A stretch of DNA of 64,000 nucleotides, taken from Octopus vulgaris. Lineage: Eukaryota. The translations under genes were made by a program, and so were the position numbers. The notes below the pieces were generated by a model, which was not told the DNA's origin, ran no database searches, and saw only the letters and a list, made by a program, of their open reading frames with translations. The stretch is from NCBI GenBank assembly GCA_951406725.2, contig OX597833.1:31992001-32056000 (forward strand), written 5' to 3'. Below are positions 1 to 13,689 of this stretch, piece by piece. Within the stretch, counting starts at the first letter, position 1. The number at the start of each line of letters is the position of its first letter.

Positions 1-233
1 ATTCGCGTTTTCAGCAGATTGAGTTGCCAAGTGTGAGCTATGTAGAAACTCTGTTTATCGAATTTCTTCGCAACTTCGATATGGGGAAAAAGTGCGTAAT
101 TCTCGATGTCAATAAATTGTTATTGTATTTTATTGTGTACTGTCCACTTTTTGTTCTCTCTACTAGCCACATACTGCTTGAAGCTTACAAACTTCGTACA
201 TTCGGAAACCCGGATCGTTTTTATATAAACATA

Positions 234-592
234 TACTTCTTTTATCTTTTGTTTCAGTCATTAGGCTGCGGTCATGCTGGGGTACCGTCTTGAAAATGTT
301 TGAAACGAATGAATCGACTCAATACTTTTGTTTAAGCCCAGTACTTATTCTATGGAACTCTTGACGAACCGCTAATTTATGGGGATATAAACACACCAAC
401 ACCGGTTGTCAAGCGGTGGTGGGGACAAACACAAATACGACGTGCTGCTTGCTGGTTTCGTCTACCTAATCGACTCACAAGGCTTTTAGTCGGCTATAGG
501 TTATATATAGCAGAAGACACTTGCTTAAGGTGCCAAGTAGAGGGACTGAACCCGGAACCTTGAGGTTGGGAAGCAAACTTCTTACCATACAC
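234..592 (-). mobile_element. tRNA-derived SINE, family A (CORE-like body), diverged copy
   Basis: Reverse complement begins with a tRNA-like head (TGGTAAGAAG...GGTTCAGTCCC) followed by GGCACCTTAAGCAAGTGTCTTC. It aligns by eye along its length with the + strand copy at 48153-48560. Confidence 0.75.
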
Positions 593-1005
593 ACACACAC
601 ATACAGTATTGGTTTCAAAATTTGGCACAAAGCCAGCAATTTCGGGGTGGGGTGGGGTAGTCGATTGCATTAACCTCAGCGCTCAATTGCATATATATAT
701 ATATATATATATTAGAAGAAATGAGGTACTCAGAAATCTGGATGGTTTTATATATATACATACACACACATACATACACAACTCCATAGTTTGTGTATTT
801 TATATATGCCTAAAACATTTTATCATAAAATTATCCATCTATCTATTGTATGTATATATGTGGGCAGGTAGGTAGGTAGGCAGGTAGGTTAAGTATGTAA
901 ATACACAAGCCAGCTGCTATAGAGTGAGCGAGCTCTTTAAAGATCAACGTTGTGGGAAGTGTGAACAGCTGGGAAGAGATGGAAAATTTTCCCTTCACTA
1001 TCCGA

Positions 1006-1384
<379 letters not shown>

Positions 1385-1572
1385 TATTATGTTATGTCCA
1401 TTTATGGCCAAATGGTTTAACTTTATGGCGTATCGTCAGATACCAAAAGCTAAAACCTTTACGGACAGGAAATCTAAGGTAATCCCATAAACCGGCCTTC
1501 CCCATTTTTAATATATTACTGCTCTACATCTTAGTGTGTGCATCATCTTTCGTATTTTTTTTTAGAAACGAC

Positions 1573-1619
<47 letters not shown>

Positions 1620-3251
1620 TGTACGTGTATGTGTGTGTATATATATGTGTAACAGATATACACATGTATAGGTAATACATACATGTAGACACGCATTACA
1701 TGCTATAACTGCGTTTTAACTGTGTAAATTAGGAGACGAGCGTCGGACTTGTCTTAAAGACAAACAGGCGGATCTAATAAATTATAACTCTTTCTGTCTA
1801 ATCAAGGCGGAGAAGCGGTATTTGCTCTGGCTTTTTAGCGTCCTGTGTTCAAGACACACTGAGGTCAACTTCGACCTTCATTCTTCAGATGTCCACAAAA
1901 TAACGTATTAAGTCTAGGACGGTGGATGGACGGAATTATAAGTGCGTTGAACAAAATACTTTGTCATATTTCCTCTGGCTCTTTATTTTCCGATTTTGGC
2001 TGTCATGTCACTTGTGCATGCAAAGCTGTATCGGCCCCTACCTTTCTTTTGGAGAACATTTATGTTGAAGGAAAGAGGCTTGCTGCTTGAGCAACTGCTA
2101 GTTTTGCCATAAAATAATTTTGCTCTGGCCTGTGCTCTAGAAAGGGATTTTCTTGAGGCACATACGTAATCAGATCCAGAGTATGTATTTTTGCGTAAGA
2201 GGTCTGTTATATGAAGACTTTAGTGTAGATTGCTTCTTTTCATTGTGTAGCCCTAACTGAAGAAATCTGTGTTCAAAGGTGTTTTAACCATAAGAGAATT
2301 ACTTTGACGAGTCATTTCTTTTTAAGACGGTAGAGTGAGATTTGAAAAATTAGGTTGCTATTTGAGCGATTATGAAAAGATTCCACTGTTGTCTTTGAAC
2401 ATTTACATTCCGATGAATGTCCTAGTTATATATAAATTTATATTTCAGCAGTTATCAGTGATGCTTAGTCTTAGCTCAGCCCTGATTGAGCTTATATCCC
2501 TGATAAAAAGTCATGATCGGTTATTTTGTTTTTTATTCAGCCACAATGCTTCAAAGATTACCATTATCCTACGTAGCATTATTTAAAAAAACAAAAAGCT
2601 GGAGTAGATGCTTTGTTTTAATCATCACTGTTGACGCCAGGCAAGAACATGGTGACATTCAGAAGTATGCGACTTGAGGGGTTGATATTGCCAGGAGGAG
2701 CAACGACTTCGATGCTCCATGTGCGCGCGCACACACATACACCCATACATTAAATACATGCATCGCAAATGACTCTCAGAGCAAGCAAGCAATTGTGACT
2801 TGTGAAGAACCTCATTCATTCCTAGTCCGTTCAGCAATCGACTAGTCCCATTCTATGCACTTTTGCCCGCCATTACACTTCTCTCTATATACTCTATAAT
2901 CAAATCTTTATTGTATGATATTCCCTTTTACCGTAAGTAGGTTTGAAAAACGTAAGCAGAGATCGGCGACGATAAATTTTAAGGGATGAAATTGGGTACG
3001 CGCGCGCATATATATTCATGTGAGAGAGTAATTAGGAAGGACTAGGGTACTCATTGTGTCTGAGAAAGAGAACTCGATACATTTGTAAAGATTTATTATA
3101 GGGATTGGAAAGTTCAATACATTACAAGCCAGGAATTTCCATTTAGATACCTGTATGTATGTGTAAACACACACAATCTTTAGACAAGCCTCGACCTACA
3201 TAAACACACACACACACACACACATATATATACTTACATACATACGTATAC

Positions 3252-3284
<33 letters not shown>

Positions 3285-3311
3285 TATATATACTTACATA
3301 CATACGTATAC

Positions 3312-3397
<86 letters not shown>

Positions 3398-3439
3398 CAT
3401 ACATACACATATATATCCATATATATCAACATATTCGCC

Positions 3440-3612
3440 ATGATAGATCGTTAGTCACTACACATTCTTTATTTTCTCTCCTTGTTTCTTTCTGTGGAAG
3501 AGCGTAGGCTCGAAACGTTAAATACTTTTTCACTTCTCGAGCGTTAAACTAATACATATGTTTGTTGCCTATACTACCTGTCTTCGTCTTTTTTTTTTGT
3601 GAATTCTCCCTA
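3440..3612 (+). mobile_element. Short Penelope-like terminal-repeat remnant carrying a degenerate minimal hammerhead
   Basis: Contains TCTTTCTGTGGAAGAGCGTAGGCTCGAAACGTT and the tail CCTGTCTTCGTCTTTT...CTCCC shared with the elements at 11323-11932, 16975-17673 and 34880-35121. Confidence 0.55.
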
Positions 3613-3616
3613 TATG

Positions 3617-3835
3617 TTTCTTTATTATCCACAAGGGGCTAAACATAGAGGGGACAAACAAGGACAGACAAACGGATTAAGTCGATTACATCGACCCCAG
3701 TGAGTAACTGGTACTTAATTTATCGACCCCGAAAGGATGAAAGGCAAAGTCGACCTCGGCGGAATTTGAACTCAGAACGTAACGGCAGGCTACGCATTTC
3801 ACCCGGCGTACTAACGATTCTGCCAGCTCGCCGCT
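3617..3835 (-). mobile_element. tRNA-derived SINE, family B (Meta-domain-like body)
   Basis: Reverse complement reads GCGGCGAGCTGGCAGAATCGTTAG (A box-like)...GAGTTCAAATTCC (B box-like)...GACTTTGCCTTTCATCCTTTCGGGGTCGATAAATTAAGTACCAG. Near-identical copies at 22364 and 60192. Confidence 0.8.
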
Positions 3836-3883
3836 TAATTCTCCCTATATATATCTACATACACATTTATGTATACACATACA

Positions 3884-3957
<74 letters not shown>

Positions 3958-3984
3958 CACACATATATGTATGTGTATACATAA

Positions 3985-4037
<53 letters not shown>

Positions 4038-4959
4038 TAAATAAAATAAAACATATGCATATATATAAACATATATGTACGTACCTACCTCTACATGTAC
4101 ATATACACGCATATATAAGTACAGGACACCAAAAGGACGTCGAACACAATGAGAAACGAAAACATAGACACAAACCAAAGGAACTGGACATTTTTTAAAA
4201 ACAGCAAAAAAATAGAGTACAGGACAATTAACACAAAGAAAAAACCCCTTCTTCAGTCGCTATGGTTTCATCTACTCTACGTTTCGAAGGATTGTGTATA
4301 CATACATCTATATATAAGGTGCACTAGCCAGACTAGCGATTTGGTCGGAGATCGTGTGTTAAAAATAAAACATTTGTAGCGTGGAAGACATACTAGGTAT
4401 TCAAAAACACACCAAGACAGTTAATTTCATTTGAACATTTATTATCTGTTGTCAAAATTTTCGTCGCACCAACTGCGACTTGTGCACTGATGTGATTCGA
4501 CCGCATCTCATTATATATATCTCTATCACACACACACACACACATATGTAAATATGATTGATAATGCCGATCATTCTAGATAATCAAGTATTTCTGGATC
4601 AGTCACCACTCTGCTATTACTGCTGCAGCTGCTGCTATTAAAATTATCACCCTCCGACATTGCCATGGCAACAAATTGTGGGGCAAGAGTGTTGTTTAAG
4701 GCAACATAAAGGCTTTGCTTGTTAGTAGTTGTTGTTAGCAATGGTGTCGGTGTCGACGTTGGATAGATGATGCGTGGTGACAGTATGGATGAGTAATGGT
4801 GATAGAGTTATAGACCGTCGTGGTGGGAACAATGATGTGACGATGGCGTCGCTATTATTCGTCATTGTTGAAGGAATAACTATTGTGGTAGCGAGTGATA
4901 TTGGTGATGATGGTGTTGCTGGCACGATAGTATTATTCGTGGTTGTATGCTGCCAGGTC

Positions 4960-6670
4960 AGCTCAGTTCAAGCCAAAACCGTTCTAGCTGTGACCATCCC
5001 ATCTTTTCCTACGAGCAGAGGGCCTAGACCCATATCGAATGTGTCGCTTTTTAAAAATGATATTCTATGGTTCCAAGAAGATATGACTGCTCTTTTTAGC
5101 AGGATAGCTGCTCTGTCATTGGCTCGACCTGGGGATGAACTTAACTTTTCATAGTTCTCTGTCTGTGGTGTTGGTGGCCTAGAAACATGTAAAACACAAA
5201 AGGGCATTCCAGCCGTGGCTACACCGTTTTCCTTTTGTAGGACACCCAGTATTACATTATCCATTGTGTCCTTTTCTAAGACATTGTGTGTACGCAATTT
5301 GAAGGAGATTTAGCTGTTATTTCTAACAAGTCGAATGATTACGTAGAACTTCTCTCGCTGACATGAGCTTGCGTAGGTGCTAATGGTAATGAGAGGGAGA
5401 GGGGTTATAGTAGAGCATGAGAGGGTGCTGGTGGTGAGATCTTGGTGGCGATGGCGACAGTGAAAATAGAAAAAGGAGTGATGGTGGCTGCGTTGGTGTT
5501 TAGTGATGGATATTGAAGTAATAATTCTTACGAAGGCAATGAGGCCCCAAAGAATGAAAATGGAAGAACGTATGTTGTGACACTGATGCTTCTTCCTAAC
5601 GCATCAGCTATGACTCTAAGTTGTTATTTAACCCCAGTTCAACCCTGATCAAATAGACCTATGATCAAAAGTATGCTAACCATGACCATCACGTTAATTT
5701 CATTAAGTAAACTAATACGATTGTATGAAAGATTACATTATCCATTACGTCTGTTCTTGTTTTAAGATGGTATTGTGTGATTTGAGGACGATTTGGTTAC
5801 TATTTCTAACAGGATGAGTGAACACGATGCTACCTATACATTAAGCTCGATGTATGTGGAATAAAGTCATTGTAGTTGTTTAGCGCCCCCATGCCAACCA
5901 TGAGCGAGCAAGCCAATGATCAACAGCATTCCAGCCGTGAACATCCCACCTTTTTTGCGTGTGCATGGAACGCAGGAACCACATTAACTAACGTGCCCTT
6001 TTTTATGAGAAGAAAAGTGTTATATTATAAGGATCTGTGATAGTTGTTTCAAGCAGTCCGAACACAATATAAAGGGTCTTGCTGGCTCGGTCTTCCCTTT
6101 TCTTTTTTTAAGATGGTAGGGTGTGATTTACGGGAGGTTTGACTACCATTGTGTTTTAAGTGAGGAACGGTGTTCTTAAGCCTTGTGTGTGTATGTGTAT
6201 GTGTGTGTGTATATTATATATATATATAACACTCACATAAAGAAGGGAGGAGCTAGGGTAAAGCTGGTTAGATGTTAATGAGGATGAAAATGTACAGAAA
6301 GCGTGGGTGGGATAACACAGGGCGGGCCAGTACTGAGAGGGAGAGAGAGGAGAGTAGAGAAAGGTCCTTGTAGGTAAAAGGTCGGTGGTAGTGGGGCTTT
6401 AAAACTGACAAAGCTAACTCCCATACTTTTCGATTGTAATGGCAACTTTTAGCTGTTGTTTAGTTTCATGTCAGCCCTGATCGAACAGATCTGTAAACCG
6501 AATGCATTTCAGCCATGGACAGCGATCCCACATCTTTTTCCCTCTGTAGGTAGAGTGAATCACAAGACTATCTTGTATGCTTTCATTTATAAGATGGAGG
6601 ATGGTAAATAGTTTGAGGGATATTTGGCTACTATTTCTAGATGATCAAGCAGCCACGTTGAGGCGGCATC
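4960..6670 (+). repeat. Cluster of ~6 degenerate copies of a ~200 bp interspersed repeat
   Basis: Recurrent motif ...ATTCCAGCCGTGACCATCCC...AAGATGGTAGGGTGTGATTTGAGGGAGATTTGGCTGCTATTTCTAG... (approximate by-eye consensus) near 4960, 5200, 5630, 5880, 6110 and 6460. Further copies near 10030-10800 (reverse), 52430-52660 and 54830-54960. Confidence 0.6.
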
Positions 6671-7989
6671 GTTAGTTCCTTTTTTGTTGTCTGGCTTTGG
6701 TGATGTTAATGATTATAGTGGATATGATGGTTAATGGGTTAGAATAAATAGACGAATTTGTCTTTTTCAAATTCTTCTTAATTTCGTGATAGGTAGATTG
6801 GATGGATGAAATGGTTTACACTCCTCAGATGCACGTTTTTCCCATTCTAGGCTACATACAACCAACGAATTTGAATCCCTAAATTGGAAGATTTTGCAAA
6901 TTTATTGGCAGAAATGTGGCAGGAGTGAATCTAATCTAAAGACATGTCTTCGGTGGTTCAACAAAGGACACAATGTCAATGTTCTCTTAATGACTTAATT
7001 TTAACAGTAACACCAACAACAATATTTACTATTGTATCATTTTCATCCATAAAAAAAAAATGACAAACAGGAAAAAGAACAACAAATTTTGAAGAAAAAG
7101 AATGGCAACAATAAATAGAACAACGAAAAGACACAAATAATATTAAAATATTAAGATCTGAACTTTCTTGGTTTTGGTGGGGAAATATATCGCTACCATT
7201 ATCAAAACTCCCTTACTATGTTCTTTTCTTTCCGAGTCAAAACTAACGTCCGAAACGTCGAGATAATTCCTCATTCAAGCATGAAATTAGCACCATATTC
7301 ATTGCACTGTTCTTTCCATGTTCCTTCTTTACAGATTTCAATATATATACATATATATATTATTCATAATACATGTAACTCCTACTGTGTTGATTGCCTT
7401 TTCTTTCGTTTGTCGAGTCTCTCGTGAGTGCGTATGTGTGTGTGTGTATATGTATGTATACACACATCGCGTATATACGCATCGAGTGTCGAGACAATGT
7501 AACGTGTATAATAGTCATACACATACTGAATGATACTCTACTGCGTTATATCCATATACACCAGTTATGGGTCAATGTATGTAATTATTATTGTCAGCAG
7601 AATATCAAAGTAAAATTGTTCTAAACTTTTTCTTTTTCTTTTATTCTGTGTCGGCAACGTACACGTAAAACAGCCTATCAATGTTAGTCATGATCAATCA
7701 ATTTAACTGTCTGTCTGTCTATATACACATGTCACATACATACATACATACATACATACATACATACATACATACATACATACACACACATATATTACAT
7801 AGTATATATAATACACATGGAAACCAATTAAATCTATAACAGTTCCTTTCATTCTCTTCTCCCTTCAACTTCTTATTTCTAGAAATTTCGGAAATTACAT
7901 TCTGTGGACATTCAAAGAAATCGAACAGGATATATTAACATCGAAATCTATTTCGAGTAGACTCAACAATTATAATAATTCTTTCAACT

Positions 7990-8973
7990 TATAGGCACAA
8001 GGAATGAAATTTTGTGTTGTGTGTGTCTATGTGGGTGGTTGGGGGTCTAGTCGATTACATCGAATCCAGAACTTGACGTTTTAGTTTTTCGACTCCGAAA
8101 GTGAAGGTTGAACTCGGCCTGATTTGAATCCAGAACCTAAAGGCGGAAGAAATGCCGCTAAGCTTTTGGGCTGGTATGCGAGCGACTCTATCAGTCTACA
8201 GCCTTTATCAACAATTATAACAATGATAGGAATGGAATGATAATTATTTCGTAGAGAAGCTGAAAAGCATAAAATTTTGTGGGGATGGAACAATGGGCTT
8301 CAGAACTTCAATCGTACTTCCTTTTTCAGTCCCGGCAGGATGAAAGCGAAGATGATCTTCGGATTTGAGAGAATGTAGACACAAGATAAATTGCTGCAAC
8401 AGCAAATATATACACGATACTCTAACTGTTATGCCAATCCATAGTAGTAATTCTTTCTTCATACCAATCCATAATAACGAATTCTTTTATTGGACTTGAA
8501 TGCCCAAGATGTTGTGGATAGTAGTAGTAATCATTTTTAACGTGGTAAAAGTCCATTATACCAATTCCAGTACTGGACTGGTAATTTATCGACCCCGGAA
8601 TGGTGAAAGCAAAGTTGACCTTGGCGGGATTTGATCTCAGGACGTAAAGAACCAGAATAAATACTGTAATGTGTTTTATTCGAATCCGATAATTTTTTAT
8701 ATTGGACTTTGAGTGCCAAATACATTGATGATGATGATGATAATAATAATAATAATAATAATAATAATATAGCACAAGGCCTGAAATTTGGAGAGAAGGA
8801 ATAAACAAGTCAATTACATCGATCCCAGTGCGTAACTGGTACTTATTTCATCGTTCCCGAAAGGATGAAAGGCTAAGTCAAACTCGGTGGAATTTGAACT
8901 CAGAACGTAACGACGGGCGAAATACCGCTAAGCATTTTAGACAGGTGTGCTAACGAGTCTGCCAGCTCCCGCC
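7990..8973 (-). mobile_element. Three tandemly oriented family-B SINE copies (about 7990-8205, 8545-8690, 8771-8973)
   Basis: Each contains a variant of TCGACCCC...GAAAGGATGAAAGG...GACCTCGGCGGAATTTGAACTCAGAACG; copies are separated by (TAA)n tracts. Confidence 0.7.
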
Positions 8974-9166
8974 TTATTAATAATAATAATAATAGTAATA
9001 ATAATAATAATGATAATAATAATAATAATAATAAAATAATAATAATAATTCTTTTATTAGCCACAAGGGCTTGCATAAAAACAACATGAAATGACAAAAC
9101 AGGACGATACAAACGGATTTTAAAACGTGAAAACAAAAATAACAATAAATATCAAAAATCTCTTAC

Positions 9167-9512
9167 CTGTTCTTCGTATACTTTCGTCATGTTTTTGTTG
9201 GTGAATGACAATATTTTTATATTGATATATATTTACGAGTGTTTATTATACTATTTATAGACTGTTGGAGAGAGAAAATCAGAGGGATTTTGTAATTTTC
9301 TTTTTTCAGTATTAATTAATAACTAGAAGTTGGACGAAGATAAACGAGCTTATATCGTATTATAAGATTACTAAATGAAGAAAAAAACAACAAAGTAGAA
9401 TTAATAATTGTATTTATATATATATATATATATATATGCTGATAAATTATATATATATCTATATAAATGATATTTATGGTTATAATTTCAAAAATTGATT
9501 TCAGAAATGGAA
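9167..9512 (-). other. Candidate host-gene exon: 5' UTR plus first coding bases (MTKVYEEQ)
   Basis: Minus strand: acceptor CTTAATTTCAG| at 9513, AAAAACATG start at 9190, 24 nt in frame, then consensus donor CAG|GTAAGA at 9166. No upstream ATG in the 322 nt before the start. Confidence 0.4.
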
Positions 9513-11144
9513 CTGAAATTAAGATGTGAACGCAGAGCTTAATTACATCTGAATGCCGTGGGAGGTGTAACTAAGCATTATATAGCTAGCTACAGAATGG
9601 ACGAGTCCATTGTGTCGACGCCAGTACTTTTCCAACAGGATTCATTCTTTATATGTTTATTTTTATATCGTTTAGTTTTATTTATTATACTTATTTATCA
9701 TATTTGTTTTATTTTATTTTATATATTTAATTCACTTAATATACTAAATCATTATTACAATTAAATTTTTGATTTTAGTTCTAGTTTTTGTACCTACATC
9801 GCTACAATTACCCCCCCCCCATCATCATCATCATCATCAACGAGAAAAACCAAAAGGTAGACCTGGTAGAAATAGCAGCCCAAAGCTTCCTCATATTAAC
9901 ACACATACACGCACACATATTAACAGACACATACATGCACACACATGCACGCACGCGTGCGCATACACAGACGCACACACGCAGACACATCTTTACTGTG
10001 TAGACCTAGATATACTACGTCTCAAAAAATAATAAAAAAAAAGGCTAGGAGGATAGTCACGACTGGAATGTCTTTGATCAAATGTCATTTTAATCAGGAT
10101 AGACTCAGGTACTGAACGACCACAGCTGTAATATAGCACCAACTTACACAATACCAACAACAACTATAATCATAGAAACAATAACCACATCGACAACAAA
10201 ACCCATAACAATTGTAACAACTAGAACCACCACCAGCAACAGCACCATCACCACCAGAACAACAACAAGAACGTGTTGTGTATGGAAATAGCCAAACTCC
10301 TATCCATCCGAGACCGCTAGCGTGTTTCAACTTCCTTTAGTACAGTTTTAGCCATTTCACTTAGCTTTAAACACTAACGATACCCAATTAAAGGTAAGGC
10401 ATGCACATCACAACTACCATCTCTATGAATAAATTATTGAAGATTTATTTTTTTCATTTTTGCTTTTGATGGACGCTTATGTAGTCCTAGATACATTATG
10501 TCTGGAAATATGGCAGGGTAGTCACGATTAGAACGTCTTAGGTTTGCTTGATCAAGATAGAGAGAGGGGGAAGCTAAACAACTACCGCAACTATAACATC
10601 ATACCGTCAACATGGATAGACGGGACAACGAGTGACGCACAGCATAGTCATTCGATCTGCTAGAAACAGCAGTCAAAGTTCTTCCAGACTAAAATTAAAA
10701 AAGTTATTTGGCAGTGTGGTCCTAGATACAAACTAACTGAAATAATCAGAATGGTCATGGTTGGAATACTTTTGATCAGTTAGGGTAGACTTGGGGTTAA
10801 ACAACAAATGCAAGAGAGAGAAAGGGGAGATAAAATATAGTAACAAGGAAAGACAGCGAGAAAGAGAGAGTGAGAAGGAGAGTAAGAAAGAGAGTGCGAG
10901 AGAGGACAGATACAGTATAGTAAGAGGGAAAGACAGAAAAAGAGGGTACGGTAGTGTGAAAGAGAAATATATAAAGATAGAAAGACAGACCAAGCGAGAG
11001 AGAGTGCTTGAGAGTGAAAGAGAGTCAGAGCGAGACGTAGAAATGAATGATACGGGAGTGGTTGAGATAGCCTGGCAAACAGACAGAACACACACACACA
11101 CATACATACGCCTACACACGCACATCTAGATACATAGATGGATG

Positions 11145-11196
<52 letters not shown>

Positions 11197-11322
11197 AAGG
11201 AGAGCGAAAGAATAGTAAATAAAGAGGGACAATGGGGAATGTATGTACACACACACGCATACACATATGTTGATGCAAACAGGAACAATAGAACTCAAAA
11301 TGTGAGTCTATATTTTTTATCA

Positions 11323-11524
11323 ATATTTAACAGAAGTAATAAAGTGACTCAAGCTCCGAGAGTTTCGTGCATTGACACTTACCGCCAAGGCACGAAACTC
11401 TCCGATCTTGAGTCTCTCTATTGCTTCTGCTAAATATATATGGACCTATACTAATACATACTAATACATACACCAACCCCATACATACGCACGTCCAGAC
11501 CAATCTTACGCACTAATACTCTCT

Positions 11525-11561
<37 letters not shown>

Positions 11562-11931
11562 TATACATACTAATACATACACCAACCCTATACATACACA
11601 CATCCAGACCCCTCCCACGCACTTTTAGCTGGTCCCTCAACCCTTTTATCAACCCTATTATCTCCCCTTATTTCGCTCTCGCGTCTCATGTTTGATCTTT
11701 GACCTCTGGCCGAAATCAGATCGCCATGTTGATTCGTTAGCTACTGCACGCATTTTTTTTCTCTCTCTTCTTTCTGTGTTTTTCTCTCTCTGTGTATCTT
11801 TCTGTTGAAGAGCGTAGGCTCGAAACGTTAAAGACTTGTTTTATTTATATTTCCTGAGCGCCATACTAATACAATTGTTCGTTTGTTTTCCACCTGCCTT
11901 CGTCTTTTGTTTATTTTCATAAAGCTTCCCG

Positions 11932-11932
<1 letters not shown>
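11323..11932 (+). mobile_element. Penelope-like non-autonomous element with 5' fold-back and a hammerhead-like motif (11797-11834)
   Basis: 48 bp inverted repeat (11323-11370 / 11390-11437, 6 mismatches). HHR-like TCTTT-CTGTTGA-A-GAGC-GTAG-GCTC-GAAA-CG-TT-AAAGA. Ends directly in (TA)n. Confidence 0.6.
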
Positions 11933-11988
<56 letters not shown>

Positions 11989-12055
11989 ATGTATGTATGT
12001 ATGTATGTATGTATGTATGTATGTATGTATGTATGTATGTTCGTACGTACGTACG

Positions 12056-12089
<34 letters not shown>

Positions 12090-12284
12090 TGTATGTATGT
12101 ATGTTCGTACGTACGTACGTATGTATGTATGTATGTATGTATGTATGTATGTATGTATGTATGTATGTATGTTCGTACGTACGTACGTACGTATGTATGT
12201 GTTTATGTGTGTGTACCTGCATATTCTCCACCTTCCTACTTCTTGTTCCTTCCTCCCTCCATCTGTCTCCCTCTCCTTCTGTCT

Positions 12285-12450
12285 CTTTTACTTGTTCTAA
12301 TCATTGGACTAGCGGCCATGCTGGGGCATCGCATTGAAAGTTTTCAGTCGATCAAATCGACTGCAATACCAATTTTGAGGCAGTTACTTTATTGAAATCT
12401 GGCCGAACTGCTAAGTTACGGAGATGCAAGCAAACTGGTTGTCAAGCGGT
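12285..12450 (-). mobile_element. 3' tail fragment of family-A SINE
   Basis: GCGGCCATGCTGGGGCA...CTGCTAAGTTACGGAGA...GGTTGTCAAGCGGT matches 240-420 and the reverse complement of 48390-48560. Confidence 0.6.
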
Positions 12451-13089
12451 CTAAAACATTCTTATACATTTAGTCATACACATACACACATACGTACGTA
12501 CGTTTTGACGGAGATTTTTCAAACTTTTTTCACCACATCCTTCTAAATGATGGCGGGGGGGGGGGAGGGGGAAGCTTCTTTGTGAAAAGATTTTTTTGAA
12601 AATTTACGCATCAGACCAACTTCGTCTAACTTTTTTGCACTACGTACTTAAAAACAATGTGAGATGTCTTTTTAGTAGAAAAAAAAATGGAAATCGGTGA
12701 TCACCATCATAGTAACGTAATTTAAAAACAATAGTGAAATCTTTCTTTACTATTTTCATTAAACCCACCCACCATCGGGATCCGACAATTTCGGCTTTTT
12801 TCGAAATTTTTTAAATCATAGTTTTCAAATACGGACAGTCCGAATCTGCAATTTGTTTCTGATTATAATTTCACAATAATTTTCGGACGAAAAGGTGATT
12901 TAAGGGAGATTCAGCTGTTGTTTCTAGCACATCCCACAACCACTTGGTACATTCCTCGTTTCTTTGTCATTTTAAAAGTATTAATGTTTTTCAATATTTT
13001 TCTCCCCATAGACATTTTTTGGAACGATGGTCCATTGCTGGGATTTAATCTACTGCAAAAGAAATTTGTTATTTAAAGATATCAGAAGT

Positions 13090-13370
13090 GAATGCAATAG
13101 AATAATAGTTGACAGGTTGAGAGAGGTTACTTTCTTGAGAATGAGACACTGCAGCGTGTTTCCAATGATGAAAGTAGATCCCCGAAGAGACGGAGAGATG
13201 GAAGTGTTTGGTGAGCATAGAGTTAGCTCTGGGGCGTTGAGGATAAAGGAGAGAACGTCAAGAGTGGTGGCTTTATTGCTTGGAAGTGATCGAACTAGAC
13301 GAGTTTTACCAAATGCGTTCAGTGTGAAGTTGGCAGCAAAAAGTGCAGCGAAAGTGGAGGCAATCTTTGT
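13090..13370 (-). pseudogene. Degenerate CR1/Jockey-group LINE ORF2 fragment (region just upstream of RT)
   Basis: Translation FAALFAANFTL...LPSNKATTLDVLSFILNAPEL resembles the LINE pre-RT KA.GPD.I...LK..APEL motif. Confidence 0.45.
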
Positions 13371-13384
13371 GGTATGTATGTATG

Positions 13385-13418
<34 letters not shown>

Positions 13419-13689
13419 TGTATGTATGTATGTATGTATGTATGTATGTATGTATGAACAGTCATAATAAAGAAGTGAAAAATGGAGCCAATGCTGCAAT
13501 GAAACACTACTGCAGTATATGTGATCAGCTGCTTCAAACACCTTTCAGGGCTCAAAAATCATTTCAGCTCTCACGCTCGGAAAGAGCAATTATACGTACA
13601 GCGACCATGTACGGATACAAACACATAAACATACATACATTCCTACATGTGTGCATGTCTGTGTTTGTATATGTTTGTATTTTAATATA

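Noticed and set aside
1-225. Possible mariner transposase C-terminus (KKCVILD) and element end
   Set aside because: The similarity is too short and the window edge removes the context.
4240-4500. Hammerhead-like fragments on the minus strand (CCTTCGAAACGTAG...CTGAAGAAGGGG; GTCGCA-GTTGG-TGCGAC-GAAA)
   Set aside because: The cores are incomplete or out of order and stem I is missing. They are probably decayed PLE termini and cannot be called ribozymes.
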